A stretch of DNA of 64,000 bases from Octopus sinensis (taxonomy: Eukaryota): NCBI RefSeq assembly GCF_006345805.1, contig NC_043002.1, positions 9,362,001 through 9,426,000 on the forward strand. Reading direction: 5' to 3'. The number at the start of each line of letters is the position of its first letter. Positions within the stretch are counted from its first letter, which is position 1. Shown one piece after another: positions 11,746 to 24,666 of the stretch. The notes beneath the pieces were generated by a model that worked only from the letters and a program-made list of their open reading frames with translations, was not told the origin of the DNA and searched no databases. Made by a program: the position numbers and the translations under genes.

Positions 11746-14700
11746 TGTCATAAATAGCATGATTTGTGCTTGCATCCAAAGTTTGTCCTCTTAAGATGTT
11801 TCACTGCTCGTGATTAACTGTTGCCATCTTGTCCGCTTTTATTGTAGATCATACTGTGAAGTATGCTGTACTGAATGCTAAATAAAACCAATCATTAAAG
11901 TCAAACCTGTCTTTTTGTAAATTGTCTTATTTCAATTGATTTAACATTCAAAATAAAGTGATTTCTTCGACTGGAACGCTTTGATGCTAACCCTGATTCT
12001 CCCGATGCTGCAAAGAACTGGAACCACTGGCACTGAACTCTCAACAATTTCTTATCCTCCACTGAAGATCAAAATCCTGATAAAAACTCCACTTGATGAT
12101 AAATTTTGTGGCTCTGTCAGCATACAAATATATTATACAATGTTCTGATTATGAAACTGCTATTGAAACTCTTGAAAATTTCTCTGTTAAACCAAGAAAT
12201 GAAATATTCGCTAGGCATATTCTTGCCACTACAAAACAAGATCTGGGTCAAACCGTAGACCAGATTTTACAAAAACTTAAAGGATTTGCCAAAGAATGCA
12301 ACTTTAAAGCTGTTACTGCAGAAAAAAAAATCACGAAGACACCATTTGAGATGCTTTCATCAGTAGTTTAAACTCAAATCATATCAGACAGAGACTGTTG
12401 GAAAATAAAACTCTTGACCTCCAAAGGGCTTTTGACTTAGCTCCATCTCTTCAAATGGCCGAAAAGCAATCCCTTATTTACACAACCCATACTCCCTGTG
12501 GTAGTATCTTTGACTAAGAATCCTGAATCTGAAGAGACGTCATCTATGACAGCAGCAGTGAACACTTCAAAATGTTTCTTTTGTGGTTACTTTCGCTCTC
12601 CTAGGCCAAAATGTCCTGAACAGAATGACAACTGCAAAAGATGTGGTAAAAAACAACATTTCTTAAAGGTTTGCCAATCTAAGCCTAATTCTATGCAATC
12701 TGAATTTGTATCTACCATGGATCCTCAATTATCACTGCAGCTGCACTTACTAGCTTGTCTAAAGCTATCATCAATATTTCCATCAATGACGCCTCTGTCA
12801 AAGCTCGTCTACACTGGAAATTTTCAGAGCTACATCTGCTCTGATCTTGCCAAATCCCTGGAACTAAACACTTATCCCTCAGGGAGAAAGATTTCCATGG
12901 CTTCCACAAAACTTTAAAGTGTAACAAAAGGACATTGTCTTGTGCATCTCTGCTACCAAGGTCAAGTGTATGACAATGTAAAACTTTTCTTGTTACTCTC
13001 ACTGTGTTCAGATGTTATACTGGGACATGATTTCTTGGACCAGTATGAAGGACTTCAGATTTCTTTCATAGGAGAAAAGCCTACTTTTTCTGTGCATGGA
13101 ATAGCAGCAGCAAAGGTTGAAGCACCGTCTTATTTCACAAATTGTCCCTGGATTGCAAACCAATTGCAACAGTCTCGCATTGACTCCTAAATACGAAAAC
13201 TGTTACGTGATGACATCACTAAGCCTTCAAACTCTCCCAGGAGAACTCAGCTTTTGGTAACAACAAATGAAAAACACAAGAAAAAACTCGTTGATTACAG
13301 TCAGACCATGAACCACTTCACTCAGCTCAATGCTTATCCATTGCCGAGAATCGATGAGATGGTTGAGATTAAAGCAAGATACGAAATGTACAATACATTA
13401 GATCTTCACAGCACCTATCATCAGATACCAATTAAGGAAAAAGAGAGACATTTTACAGCTTTCGAAGCCAGAGGCAACTTGTACCATTTTAAGCATATTC
13501 CTTTCGGGGTCACCAATGGAATTGCCTTTTTTGAATGCATCAAGACAATATGATTAGAGAAGAGAAGATCAAGAATACTTTTGCACATTTGGATAATATT
13601 ACCATCAGTGGAGAGAATGAAGAAGACCATGACAAAAATCTCGCCCACTTCCTTGACTGTGCTAAGAAGTATAACATAATCTTCAGTGAAAAGAGCTTTA
13701 TCAGTGCAAAGGAAATCAAGTTACTAGGATCTCAAGGATCAAAGGTCAAACATCAAACCTGATCCCGAGAGATTGCAACTGTTGAAGGAACTTGCCGACC
13801 CACATGACTCCAAATCTCAAAAAAGGGTCATTGGTATCATCATGAATTTTGCATTTTTCTGATAAAATTCATCCTCTGATAATAAATAAAACATTCCTCT
13901 TACAAGCAAAAATGAAAAATGCCTTTGAGTATCTGAAAGCAGAAATTGCAAAAGCAATTGTTGTGACTACTAACCCAACACTATCCCTAGTGGTTGAGAC
14001 GACAGATGCCTCAGACATAGCTATCGCAGAAACTCTTAATCAATGTGGAAAACCGTTCCCTTTTTCTCAAGATCACTGAGTCCAAGTGAAAGGAATCAGT
14101 TGAAAGTAGAAGCATTTCAAATTAATCACAGACCAAAAGGGTATTACTTTCATGCTTGACAATGCCCAGATGAGCAAAATCAAGAATGATAAAATACAGC
14201 ACTAGCAGAAAAGTTAGTGCGCCGGGCAAAATGTGTAGCCGTATTTTGTCTGCCGTTACGTTCTGAGTTCAAATTCCGCCAAGGTTGACTTTGCCTTTCA
14301 TCCTTTCGGGGTCGATAAATCAAGTACCAGTTACACACTGGGGTTGAAGTAATCGACTTAATCCATTTGTCTGTCCTTGTTTGTCCCCTCTGTGTTTAGC
14401 CCCTTGTGGGTAGTAAAGAAATAGCTAAAATACAGCACTGGTATATTGAATTGTCTTGCTACAGTTACGCTGTTGTCTACAGGCCTGGAACTGAAAATCT
14501 TGCAGCTGATGCACTATCTCATGCTTTCTGTTATGTTTCTACCCTGGGTAGTTCTGACAGACTTTAAGAAATCCATTCCTCTTTGTTATCCAGGAATCTC
14601 TAGAATGTTCCACTTTGTAAAATCTAAAAACTTATCCTTCTCCATCAAAGAAGTGAAGACTGCAAACTGTAATGTCAGCTGTGAACTCAAATCTTCTTTC

Positions 14701-16089
14701 TTCCAACATTCTGACTCATTCGATTAAAGCAACACAACCTTTTGAGAGACTCAGTGCTGACTTTAAAGGGCTTTGCCTTCTAATTCCGACAACAAGTATC
14801 TTCTTACAGCCATTGATGAATGCTCTCGCTTCCCTTGTCCTGACATGAGTGTGTCAACTATCAAAAAATGTTTGAACTGAAAGAGTTTTTACACAGCAAG
14901 GGAATTACGAGTAGAACTAAGGCATTTAATCCCAGAGGAGATGGTCAAGATGAACGTCTCTGTGGAAAACTGTGACACTGGCTCTGAAGACAAAAGGATT
15001 GACAATCACTCGGTGGGAACCGGTTCGGCAAGATTCTCTGCATGCAGTCAGGTCTTTCCTGTGTACAGCAACCAATGAAATGCTTCGTGAAAGACTTCTC
15101 TGATATAACCGTAAATCTACAACTGGTACAACTCTTCCCAGTTGCGATCTATCACCAGGTCCTTGTTCTGATGAGACAAAATGTGAGAACCTCCAAATAT
15201 GAACCGCTGGTCAATGAAGTGGAGTTACTGAACTGCAATCCACTCTATGGGATGGGAGAGAAACTATTGTGTCTCTAAGTCAGCTGGCTCCACCCAAAAG
15301 AAAGGACACAGCAGATTTTCATGCTCAAGAGTCAGACCCTATCTTGCACCAGCCCCTGGACCAGTCGCACCTGCTGAAAGACACGAGTACCCCTCAAGTA
15401 AGGCTTACTAACACTTGTGAACAATATGAACATTCTCCTCTTGTGGAAAGGAGCAGTTGATCAAACCCAAGACATATGTGCGCTACCTGATGAAGCATAA
15501 GATGTGAAGTCTTCTGCTGACTATAATACTAATCAAAATGAATCCCTTAACTCCAATACTAACCCTAATCTTTCCACTAATTCGCCATCACACCATCACT
15601 GCACTTCCTTTATCCAGAACCAGACCTTACAACTTGCATAATAGAGAAGCCTAGACCCTAAATAGTCACACTGTTCGGTAGATTGAGAAACCTTAACACC
15701 CCTGAACAAACAACAAAACTGTTCAAACAAACACGTGTTGTAAAATGTTTCTTCTTCCTTTTATGTACGATCTGTTCTCTTCCTTATAGAAAGGGTGGAT
15801 GTTATAAATAGCATGATTTGTTTGTATCTAAAGTTTGTCCTCATTAGATGTTTCAGTGCTCATGATTAACACTTGCCATCTTGTCTGCTTTTATAGTACA
15901 TACTGTGAAGTATGCTGTACTGAATGCTAAATAAAAACCAATCATAAAGTCACACCTGTCTTTTTGTAAATTGTCTTATTTCAATCTATTTAACATTCAA
16001 AATAAAGTGATTTCTTCGACTGGAACGCTTTGATGCTAACCCTAATTTTCATAAGGTCCTGCCCGTCTTTTGTAAATTGTCTTACTTCA
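11746..16089 (+). mobile_element. Degenerate Ty3/Gypsy LTR retrotransposon
   Basis: TG...CA LTRs at 11746-11934 and 15800-15983; PPT AGAAAGGGTGGA 15788-15799; gag, Cys/His knuckle CFFCG..CKRCGKKQH, protease, RT (NAYPLPRID, IPFGVTNG, HLDNITI), RNase H (TDASDIA), integrase (PFERLSADFKG) in PR-RT-RH-IN order; many stops and frameshifts. Confidence 0.9.
14204..14425 (+). mobile_element. SINE inserted in the Gypsy RNase H region
   Basis: 14-bp TSD TAAAATACAGCACT (14190-14203 and 14426-14439); removal restores KNDKIQHWYIELSCYSY. Confidence 0.9.
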
Positions 16090-16889
16090 GACAGCAAATG
16101 TTGAATAATTAGGTTGTCTTTCAGCATCATAACCTGTTAGCTTTGGTTATACTCTTATGGCTTTTTAAAAAATATTTAATAAAAGTTACAAACAATTAGA
16201 CACAAGATGAAATTTACAAAATATAAAGAGATGATTTTTACCAAAAGGCTATGGAGATAAAAGAATATAAAAATAAACTATAAAAAATAGTACAAAAAAA
16301 AGAAAAAAGAAAAGCAAGAATATTTTAGTTAACCATTTTAAGTATGTAAAATACATTAAGGTTTAAAAGTAAAAGAAAGAAGAATGCCTAAAACAAGTTT
16401 TTATTTTAAATAAAAATACACAACCCTTCGTTTCCCCGAATATAAACATTAAGATAACATGAAAGACTACATTAAAAGAAATTTTTAAAATTACATTTGT
16501 AAATGACTGGAAACTTTAGTTGTACGAAATTTATACAAGAAATATTGTCTCCATAAGAGAGGGGTTAAATCAAAAATACAAATCCCAAATTTACTAACAT
16601 TTTGTTCTAAGAAGTACAACGGCTACTTAATTCTCCTTTAGAGAAAAAAAAGCACTTAAATCTAAATTTACTAATTTCTGTGTAGAAAAAGTGAAATCGG
16701 TATCTGTAGAAATGGAATTTTTAATGATTTATATTGAAATTTACATTTAGCTGATGTTGGAGATGGTAGATTTTTACTCACTCCAGTAATACAATTAATT
16801 GCATGTGACACTTGACTTAACCTTGTCACAAATAAATTGCACTGCAATGCTAGAAATCTTAAAACTGAAAGAAGCTTTTTTAATATATA

Positions 16890-17235
16890 CTAGCACTATG
16901 ACCCAGCAACACTGGGTCATACAGCTGAGTGCGTGCGCATATACACACGAGTACTGTCCAAATCTCCAACCAATCACATACAGCTAGCCAGCATTCAATT
17001 GGCGTATCAAGTTTCGGGCATTTTGATTGGGTTTTGGATAGAAAATTCACAAAAAAGTCACTTCTATTGATTTTTTTAATGGCTTTGCGGGGTGACTGGG
17101 GAAATGTAAAGATGTGCACGATCACCCTTGGACGGTCTTGAATGACCATAGAAAGTGCAAGCCCTCTAACTGAAAAATTGCGGATTTATATAAAAGACAT
17201 GCACACAGACATTTTGCCGTTTATATATATAGAGA
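16890..17235 (-). mobile_element. Non-autonomous Helitron (sibling of 4255-4653)
   Basis: Minus strand A|TC start, terminal hairpin, CTAG|T end; colinear with 4255-4653. Confidence 0.85.
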
Positions 17236-17984
17236 TTAGAACACCATTCAGAGAGATATGTCCACTGACAACACAAAAAAAAGTTGTAAGAGTATAAATC
17301 ATAGTAAGGCTTGATTATTAAAACTGGTGTTGACTGAAAATCATACCACTTAAGGGGTGGGGGCTGCTTAGAATAGTACATATGAAAATACAAAATTGCT
17401 ATATTCCATCAAAAAAAAAAAAAGACAAGATTTAGAAAAGGTTAGAAGCTGATAGCAGAAGCCCTTCGAGGCAATGGGTTGATAAATAAAGCTCCCCACA
17501 CCAGCAAAAAAAGCCATAAAGACATAACTGCAATATGTTGATGTAGAAATTTGAAGGGGGGAGGGGGTCATTTTATAATAATCAGATAAAACAAATATCT
17601 CAACTTCGACTATGACATTATAACAAACTTCTTTTCAAGAGGAAAGGCAGTACCCAGGGTTAAAATAGTTGAATAGGAGGTACCATCTCGATGGGATTAG
17701 TATAGCTAATTGAGGCAAGTTGTTAATTATTGGAGAGAAAAGAATAGAGATAGGAAAAGGGTTCCAGCAGGGTGCAATTCTGAAAGGTAGTTTGGGTCCA
17801 AGTGTCAAATAGTAATTTTCTATTCCTTTCATCACATCACATTACATGGAAGGAGTGTGACAGAAGCTATTGTAGAAGTTGAGAGAAAATAGAGAAGACA
17901 AACAGAATGCTAGACAAGTCTTGGTACAGAAACCTGCCTGTCAGAAGTGTTATGATTGTGTGTGTGTATATATATATATATATC

Positions 17985-18615
17985 ATCATCGTTTAATGTC
18001 CACTTTCCATGCTAACATGAGTTGGACGATTTGATGAGGTCTGGCAAACCAGACTCGAATCTGATCCGGCAGAGTTTCTACAGCTGGATGCCCTTCCTAA
18101 CGCCAACCACTCTGAGAGTGTAGTGGGTGTCTTTACGTGCCACTGGCACTGGCGACAACCTCGCTCGAATGTTTCACCAGCACAAGTGCTAGCAAGGCGA
18201 TGTGGTAACTATCACGCTCGAATGGTGTGTTTAACGTGCCATCAGCACAAAGGCCAGCTTGTTGCTCTGGTAATGATCTCACTCATATGGTACTCTTAGC
18301 ACTTCACTAGCAACGGATGCCAGTCACCGAGTTTGATTCCGACTTCGATTTCACTTGCCTCAACTGGTCGTCGCAAGCAGAATTTAGTGTCCAATGAAGG
18401 AAAGGCACGCATAAGTGGACTGGTTACACCCCTGGCATAGGCCACAAGGTTATGGTCTCACTTGCGCTTGCCGAGTCTTCTCAAGCACAGCATATTTCCA
18501 GAGGTCCCGGTCACTAGTCATTGCCTCGGTGAAGCCCAATGTTTGAAGGTCATGCTTCACCACCTCATCCCAGGTCTTCCTGGGTCTACCTTTCCCACAG
18601 GTTCTCTCAACTGCT
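17985..18615 (-). mobile_element. RTE LINE 3' end including ORF2 C-terminus
   Basis: GKGRPRKTWDEVVKHDL on the minus strand plus 3' UTR and tail. Confidence 0.85.
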
Positions 18616-19528
18616 AATATATATATATATATATATACATATATGTCGAGGAAGACAGAGATAAGTGGAGTATTGTCCTACTCTGTATAGTTATTACTTA
18701 CAGGTACGGAAAAACAAATAAAGCCTAACAGAAGATCTGATTACAGAAAAATATAACAACAAAAACTCGATTACATGCAGTTTCTACTCAAGTGCAATCA
18801 TTTGTCCCAACTCCAAGGAAACAAAGGATTTTGCAATTACTAATTTGGTAAGTAAGAGTATCAGAATTAACAGAGAGCCTTTATTTTATTATTTTAATCA
18901 TAAAACAGCCTTAGTATTGGTATAAAATGTCAACAATGCTTTACTCTTTAGTACATTTGGCAACAGAAAAACCACCACCATAGCTGCCACAATATTTTTC
19001 TTTGACACCTTTCATGTGAAAGAGAGAAAAATATACAAGTAGTAACATATTGTGATAATAGAATAGTTGTAAAAAAATTCAAACTATAATGCTTCAAGTA
19101 AAAAGTGAATAAATGACAAGCAGAAGAATTTTTAAAAAAGAAATTTTAGTTTTCACTTGAAATTTTCAGTATAAATAAAATCTAAAGATAAAATCCACTG
19201 AACATAAAAGACAAATGCTTTTAGTTTTTATTTTCAGCTGAGTTGGTGTGTGCACACACTGATCTCTCATTATTAGATTACTGCTTCTTTTCTTATAATT
19301 AAGTGGTAAGGATTGTGACACTAGCAAAAAAAGATGTGGTTGTGTGATAAGAAGTTTGCCTCTCAACAAAATGGTACTGCGTTCAGTCCCATTGCATGGC
19401 ACCTTGGGCGAGTGTCTTCCACTGTAGCCTTGGACCAATCAATCAAGAGTCACACCAGATTCCAAAACACAAACATTATATATATATATAAATGAAAGAA
19501 TGGAGTCGAACGAAGATGTTAACAAGAT

Positions 19529-19624
19529 TCCTTTACTCTCGACACATGTTTCGAAGACAGCATATTTTCATTCCGAAGGAATAAAGGGTGCATTATGCAA
19601 TCTTCTCATCAGGAAAGAAAAGGA
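19529..19624 (-). ncRNA. Type I hammerhead ribozyme (Penelope-like/retrozyme type)
   Basis: Stem I UCCUUU-U-CUUUC / GAGAG-U-AAAGGA; CUGAUGA; stem II GAAGA/UCUUC; GAAA; stem III C-AUGU-G; GUC cleavage site between 19541 and 19540. Confidence 0.85.
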
Positions 19625-19968
19625 GCCTCTCTCAACAACAAGACAAAAATTTCGATGATTGCCTACATGGTAACCAAAGTGATAATGAGTGTTTTTTTTA
19701 AAAAATCCGTTATAAGCATTGACGTCAAAAATGGATAGTAGGAGACAGTATGTTTGCTGTATGTATGGAAATGTGTGGGTGTGTGCTTCTTCGACTCCAT
19801 TCTTTCATTTATTCATATACAACACACAAATTTCTACACATGAACCCGGAGTTTCTACCCTTGACAGGTCGCTTCAACCGTGTTTTCTGACGTGAATTTG
19901 CTACACAGGTTTCGGTTAAACAAATTTTCCATGCTGACGATAAACATAGGATAATTCATTCACCTACT

Positions 19969-20027
<59 letters not shown>

Positions 20028-20030
<3 letters not shown>

Positions 20031-20985
20031 CATGGCTCGGCTTTGCAAACGAAGATCAGTAAGGCTGTCCAAGTCGTGTGCATGCACGCTCATGTCTGAC
20101 AAGTCCGATACGAGAAAGGCAGGACCATGAGCAGTGTCCACAGACGAAGGTAACATCCGGTGTGGTGTCTGAGGTGGCTCGCACCTTCCTTCTGTGTCTC
20201 TTGTCTTTAAGCGCATCACTTCTTTGTTCCTCAAACTCGCTGACTGTGTTGAAGATCGTGTGGCGCCAGACATCATGGTCCGCAGCCAGATCTGACCAGT
20301 ATTGGTGGTCAATACGACATGCTGTCAGAGACGACTTGAGGCAGTCTTTGTAGTGCTTCCTCGGAGATCCTCTTACATGGTGGCCGGTGGAGAGTTCGCC
20401 AAACAGGGTAATTTTAGGAAGGCGATGGTTCTCCATTCTGGAGACATGCCCTGCCCACCGGAGAATGGACTTCAGTAGCATGGCTTCAATGCTGGGGATC
20501 TCAGCCCGCTCCAAGACATCAATGTTTGTGACGAAGTCACACCCGTGTATGCTGAGGATGGTGTGGAGACATCGCTGGTGGAAGCGCTCGAGAAGACGGA
20601 TGTGATTGTGGTAAGTGATCCAGGTCTCCGAGACGTAGAGAAGAGTGGTAGACACTGATCTTTGTTTTGTTCTTCAGGTTGTTATTGTACCAAACACGTT
20701 TGTACAATCTGCCAAATGACTTATTTGCCTTAGAGAGTCCATTTTCAAATTTTTGGTTGATCCTTGCATCCAATAAGATGATGCAGCCAAGGTATGTAAA
20801 ATGCTGTGTTGATTTCAGTTCGGTACTTCAAAGAGCCACGAGGCGTCTGCAAAGCAGGACGTGATGCGCTGCAGAGCTCGCTCTGTGTCGGCGACAAGTA
20901 CAGGTCTTTGATCAGCCTCTCCTGAGTCTTGGTATGGGTTTGGAGGCACAGTAGATTGAAGGGGCTGCTCTCCAGACGATACCTA
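20028..20985 (-). mobile_element. RTE-BovB-like LINE 3' fragment with internal deletion
   Basis: FNLLCLQTHTKTQ, FTYLGC, LLYVSETW, LRWAGHVSRMENHRLPK, C-terminal CGHC..SRIGLVRH; 3' end TCTTCGTTTGCAAAGCCGAGCCA. Confidence 0.85.
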
Positions 20986-21069
<84 letters not shown>

Positions 21070-22046
21070 AGTCGAAACAGGGGCAGCTGAAGAAGGGGAA
21101 TGTTCCTTGTGTTGGTTGTCTTGTACTCAGTTTTTTCGTTGTTAAAAAAAGTCCGTTTTCTTGTTTGGTTTTATGTTTTCGTTTCTCGTGTTCTACGTTT
21201 ATTTGTGGTGTCCTGTACTCATATATGCATGTATATATACATATAGATGTAGGTATGTACATATATGTATGTATGTATGCATATGTTTTATCTATTAAAT
21301 TCTTATTATATGATTGAATGCATGCGTCGTTTTCTTCTTCCAAGTTTTATTTCAATAATTATGACGTGCACTCTTAACTCTTTACCTGACCTTTCCTCCC
21401 GGTCTGTCTCTCTCCTTATTTTTCACCCTTTCTGGTTTCTTCTCCTCTCTCTCGTCGCTGACCGGAGGGCTACTAACTTTCTTTCTGCCCACTGCTTTCA
21501 ACAAGTCAACATCAGCTTTTTTCCTGTCTTCACAAGCCGATCTTCAGAATGCGTTCTAACAAATTTTTCCACTGTCTAGACTTTAAAAAAGCCCTTATTG
21601 TTGGTTTCTTTGTCCGGTCTTTTACTGTTTTTATCTTTATTTGTACTGTATTTTTCTTCATTTGTATTGCTGTTACGTCCTGTTCTTGTCACTTTTTTTA
21701 CCCCTCCGCAAAATTTTTTTATTTAATTCATTTTGCGGGAAGGACTGCTACGGCATGGTCGTGTTCTGCCCTTACCTTCGAAACAGGTATTGAGTCGAAA
21801 CAGGGGCAGCTGAAGAAGGGGAATGTTCCTTGTGTTGTTTGTCTTGTACTCTGTTTTTACGTTGTTAAAAAAGCCCGTTTCCTTGTTTGATTTTATATTC
21901 TTGTTTCTCGTGTTCTACGTTTATTTGTAGTGTCCTGTATTCATATATGCATGTATATATACATATAGATGTAGGTATGTATGCATATGTTTTATTTATT
22001 AAATTATTATATGATTGAACGCACGCGTCGTTTTCTTCTTCCAAGT
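21070..22046. repeat. Non-coding element with ~255-275 bp direct terminal repeats (21070-21345 and 21793-22046)
   Basis: Both copies run from AGTCGAAACAGGGGCAGCTGAAGAAGGGG to TTTTCTTCTTCCAAGT; ~450 bp non-coding core. Confidence 0.75.
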
Positions 22047-22106
22047 AAGTTTTATTTTTTATGTATACATATATGTATATATATAAATACGCATATATAT
22101 ATATAT

Positions 22107-22575
22107 GGAGGCGCAATGGCCCAGTGGTTAGGGCAGCGGACTCGCGGTCGTAGGATCACGGTTTCAATTCCCAGACCAGGCATTGTGTTTATTGAGCGAA
22201 AACACCTAAAGCTCCACGTGGCTCCGGCAGGGGGTGGTGGTGAACCCTGCTGTACTCTTTCACCACAGCTTTCTCTCACTCTTTCTTCCTGTTTCTGTTG
22301 TACCTGTATTTCAAAGGGCCAGCCTGCCTTGTCACACTCTGTGTCACGCTGAATCTCCCTGAGAACTACGTTAAGGGTACACGTGTCTGTGCAGTGCTCC
22401 GACACTTGCACGTTAATAAATGAGCTATGATGTCACTGGTGCCAAGCTGTATCAGCCTTTGCTTTTCCCTTGGATGACATCGGTGGTGTGGAGAGAGGAG
22501 GCCGGTATACATGGGCGACTGCTGGTCTTCCATAAACAACCTTGCCCAGACTTGTGCCTTGGAGGGTAACTTTCT
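22107..22575 (+). mobile_element. tRNA-derived SINE (decayed copy at ~46560-46860)
   Basis: A box TGGCCCAGTGG and B box GGTTTCAATTCC followed by a non-tRNA body. Confidence 0.8.
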
Positions 22576-22931
22576 AGTTGCAATCCCATGGTCATTCATG
22601 ACTAAAGGGGGTCACAATATATATATATATACACACGCATATATAAACATGTGTGTATATATATATATATACACACGCATATATAAACATGTGTGTATAA
22701 TATATATATATATATATATACACACGCATATATAAACATGTGTGTGTTATATATATATATATACACACACGCATATATAAACATGTGTGTGTATATATAT
22801 ATATATATATATACACACGCATATATAAACATGTGTGTATATATATATATATATATACACACGCATATATAAACATGTGTGTATATATATATATATATAT
22901 ACACACGCATATATAAACATGTGTGTATATA

Positions 22932-22972
<41 letters not shown>

Positions 22973-22997
22973 TATTTCTACACACATATATATATTA

Positions 22998-23028
<31 letters not shown>

Positions 23029-23636
23029 ATATACATAAATATTTCTACATATATACATATACATTTCTACATATATACATATACATTTCTACATATATAC
23101 ATATACATTTCTACATATATACATATATATACACACATATACACATATATATAAACACACATATACAAATATATATAAACACACATATACAAATATAATA
23201 TATATACACATACAAATATATATATATATACACATACAAATATATATATATATAACACATATACAAATATATATATATATACACACATATACAAATATAT
23301 ATATATATACACACATATACAAATATATATATATATACACACATATACAAATATATATATATATACACACATATACAAATATATATATACACACATATAC
23401 AAATATATATATATACACATATACAAATATATATATATACACATATACAAATATATATATATACACATATACAAATATATATATATACACATATACAAAT
23501 ATATATATATACACATATACAAATATATATATATACACATATACAAATATATATATACACATATACAAATATATATATATACACATATACAAATATATAT
23601 ATACACATATACAAATATATATATACACATATACAA

Positions 23637-23667
<31 letters not shown>

Positions 23668-23672
23668 CACAA

Positions 23673-23703
<31 letters not shown>

Positions 23704-24440
23704 CACACATATATATATACACACATATATATACACATATACACACACATATATATATATATACACACATATATATACACATAGACACACATATATACAC
23801 ACATATATATATATATACACATATATACATATACATATATATACATATATGTGCATATATATACATATATGTACTTAAGTTGAAAGACGCCTGTTGTGAT
23901 GTCCTGTTATTGTTATTTTTTTTTGTATTATTTTTGTATTCATATTCGTGTAACATCGTCCGTTTTCCATCCTTGTTTCGTATACATTCGAAGCTTTTTT
24001 CCAAGGAATCTAATGCGCTTAGCTTAGTTTTTCCTTGGGGCTGGCCAGATTTGAGCAATCTCAAGATTAATTAGCCGAAATTGCGAGGATGATCTGGTTC
24101 TAGACTGAAGATTTGAAGGCTCTGAATGACCCGTCCGTGTTTTTTGTATCGTCTTCTAAATGTTTTGCATTCTTGTCCCATTTTGTACTTTTTTTATATA
24201 TATATATATACATATATGTACATATACATATATATACACATACATATATATACACATACATATACATACAAATACATACACATATATATATATACATACA
24301 AATACATATATATACATATACATACAAATACATATATATACATATACATACAAATACATACATATACATACAAATACATACATATACATACAAATACATA
24401 CATATACATACACATACATATATATACATACATTTTTTAA
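22576..24440. repeat. TA/CA-rich micro/minisatellite blocks (interrupted by unique sequence at ~23876-24190)
   Basis: Units such as (TA)nCACACGCATATATAAACATGTGTG and CACATATACAAA(TA)n. Confidence 0.95.
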
Positions 24441-24574
24441 TAATATATTATTATTAATATAAGGAAATTAATATCCAAACTTATAAAGATATACCCTTGT
24501 GAGAGAACTTATTGTATTAAAAATATATATAAAATAAATTTGATAGTTTAAAAGCTTTGAATTAATTATTTAAG

Positions 24575-24666
24575 CATCTTACGATCGTTTCACAGAAGAG
24601 TTGTCTCTATAATGAAATCCTATATTGATAAGCATTTATAGACAACTCTTCTGCTCTTCAGAGATA
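24575..24666 (-). ncRNA. Type I hammerhead ribozyme with long stem II
   Basis: Stem I UAUCU/AGAUG; CUGAAGA; stem II GCAGAAGAGUUGUC/GACAACUCUUCUGU; GAAA; palindromic CGAUCG; GUA cleavage site between 24580 and 24579. Confidence 0.8.

Noticed and set aside
21070-21110. Hammerhead-like words GTCGAAAC and CTGAAGAAG (also 21793-21830 and 24075-24120)
   Set aside because: Order and spacing do not allow stems I-III to form, and there is no GAAA after stem II.
22107-22180. tRNA-like A/B boxes (also ~36070-36142 minus)
   Set aside because: No complete cloverleaf; they continue into multi-copy SINE bodies.
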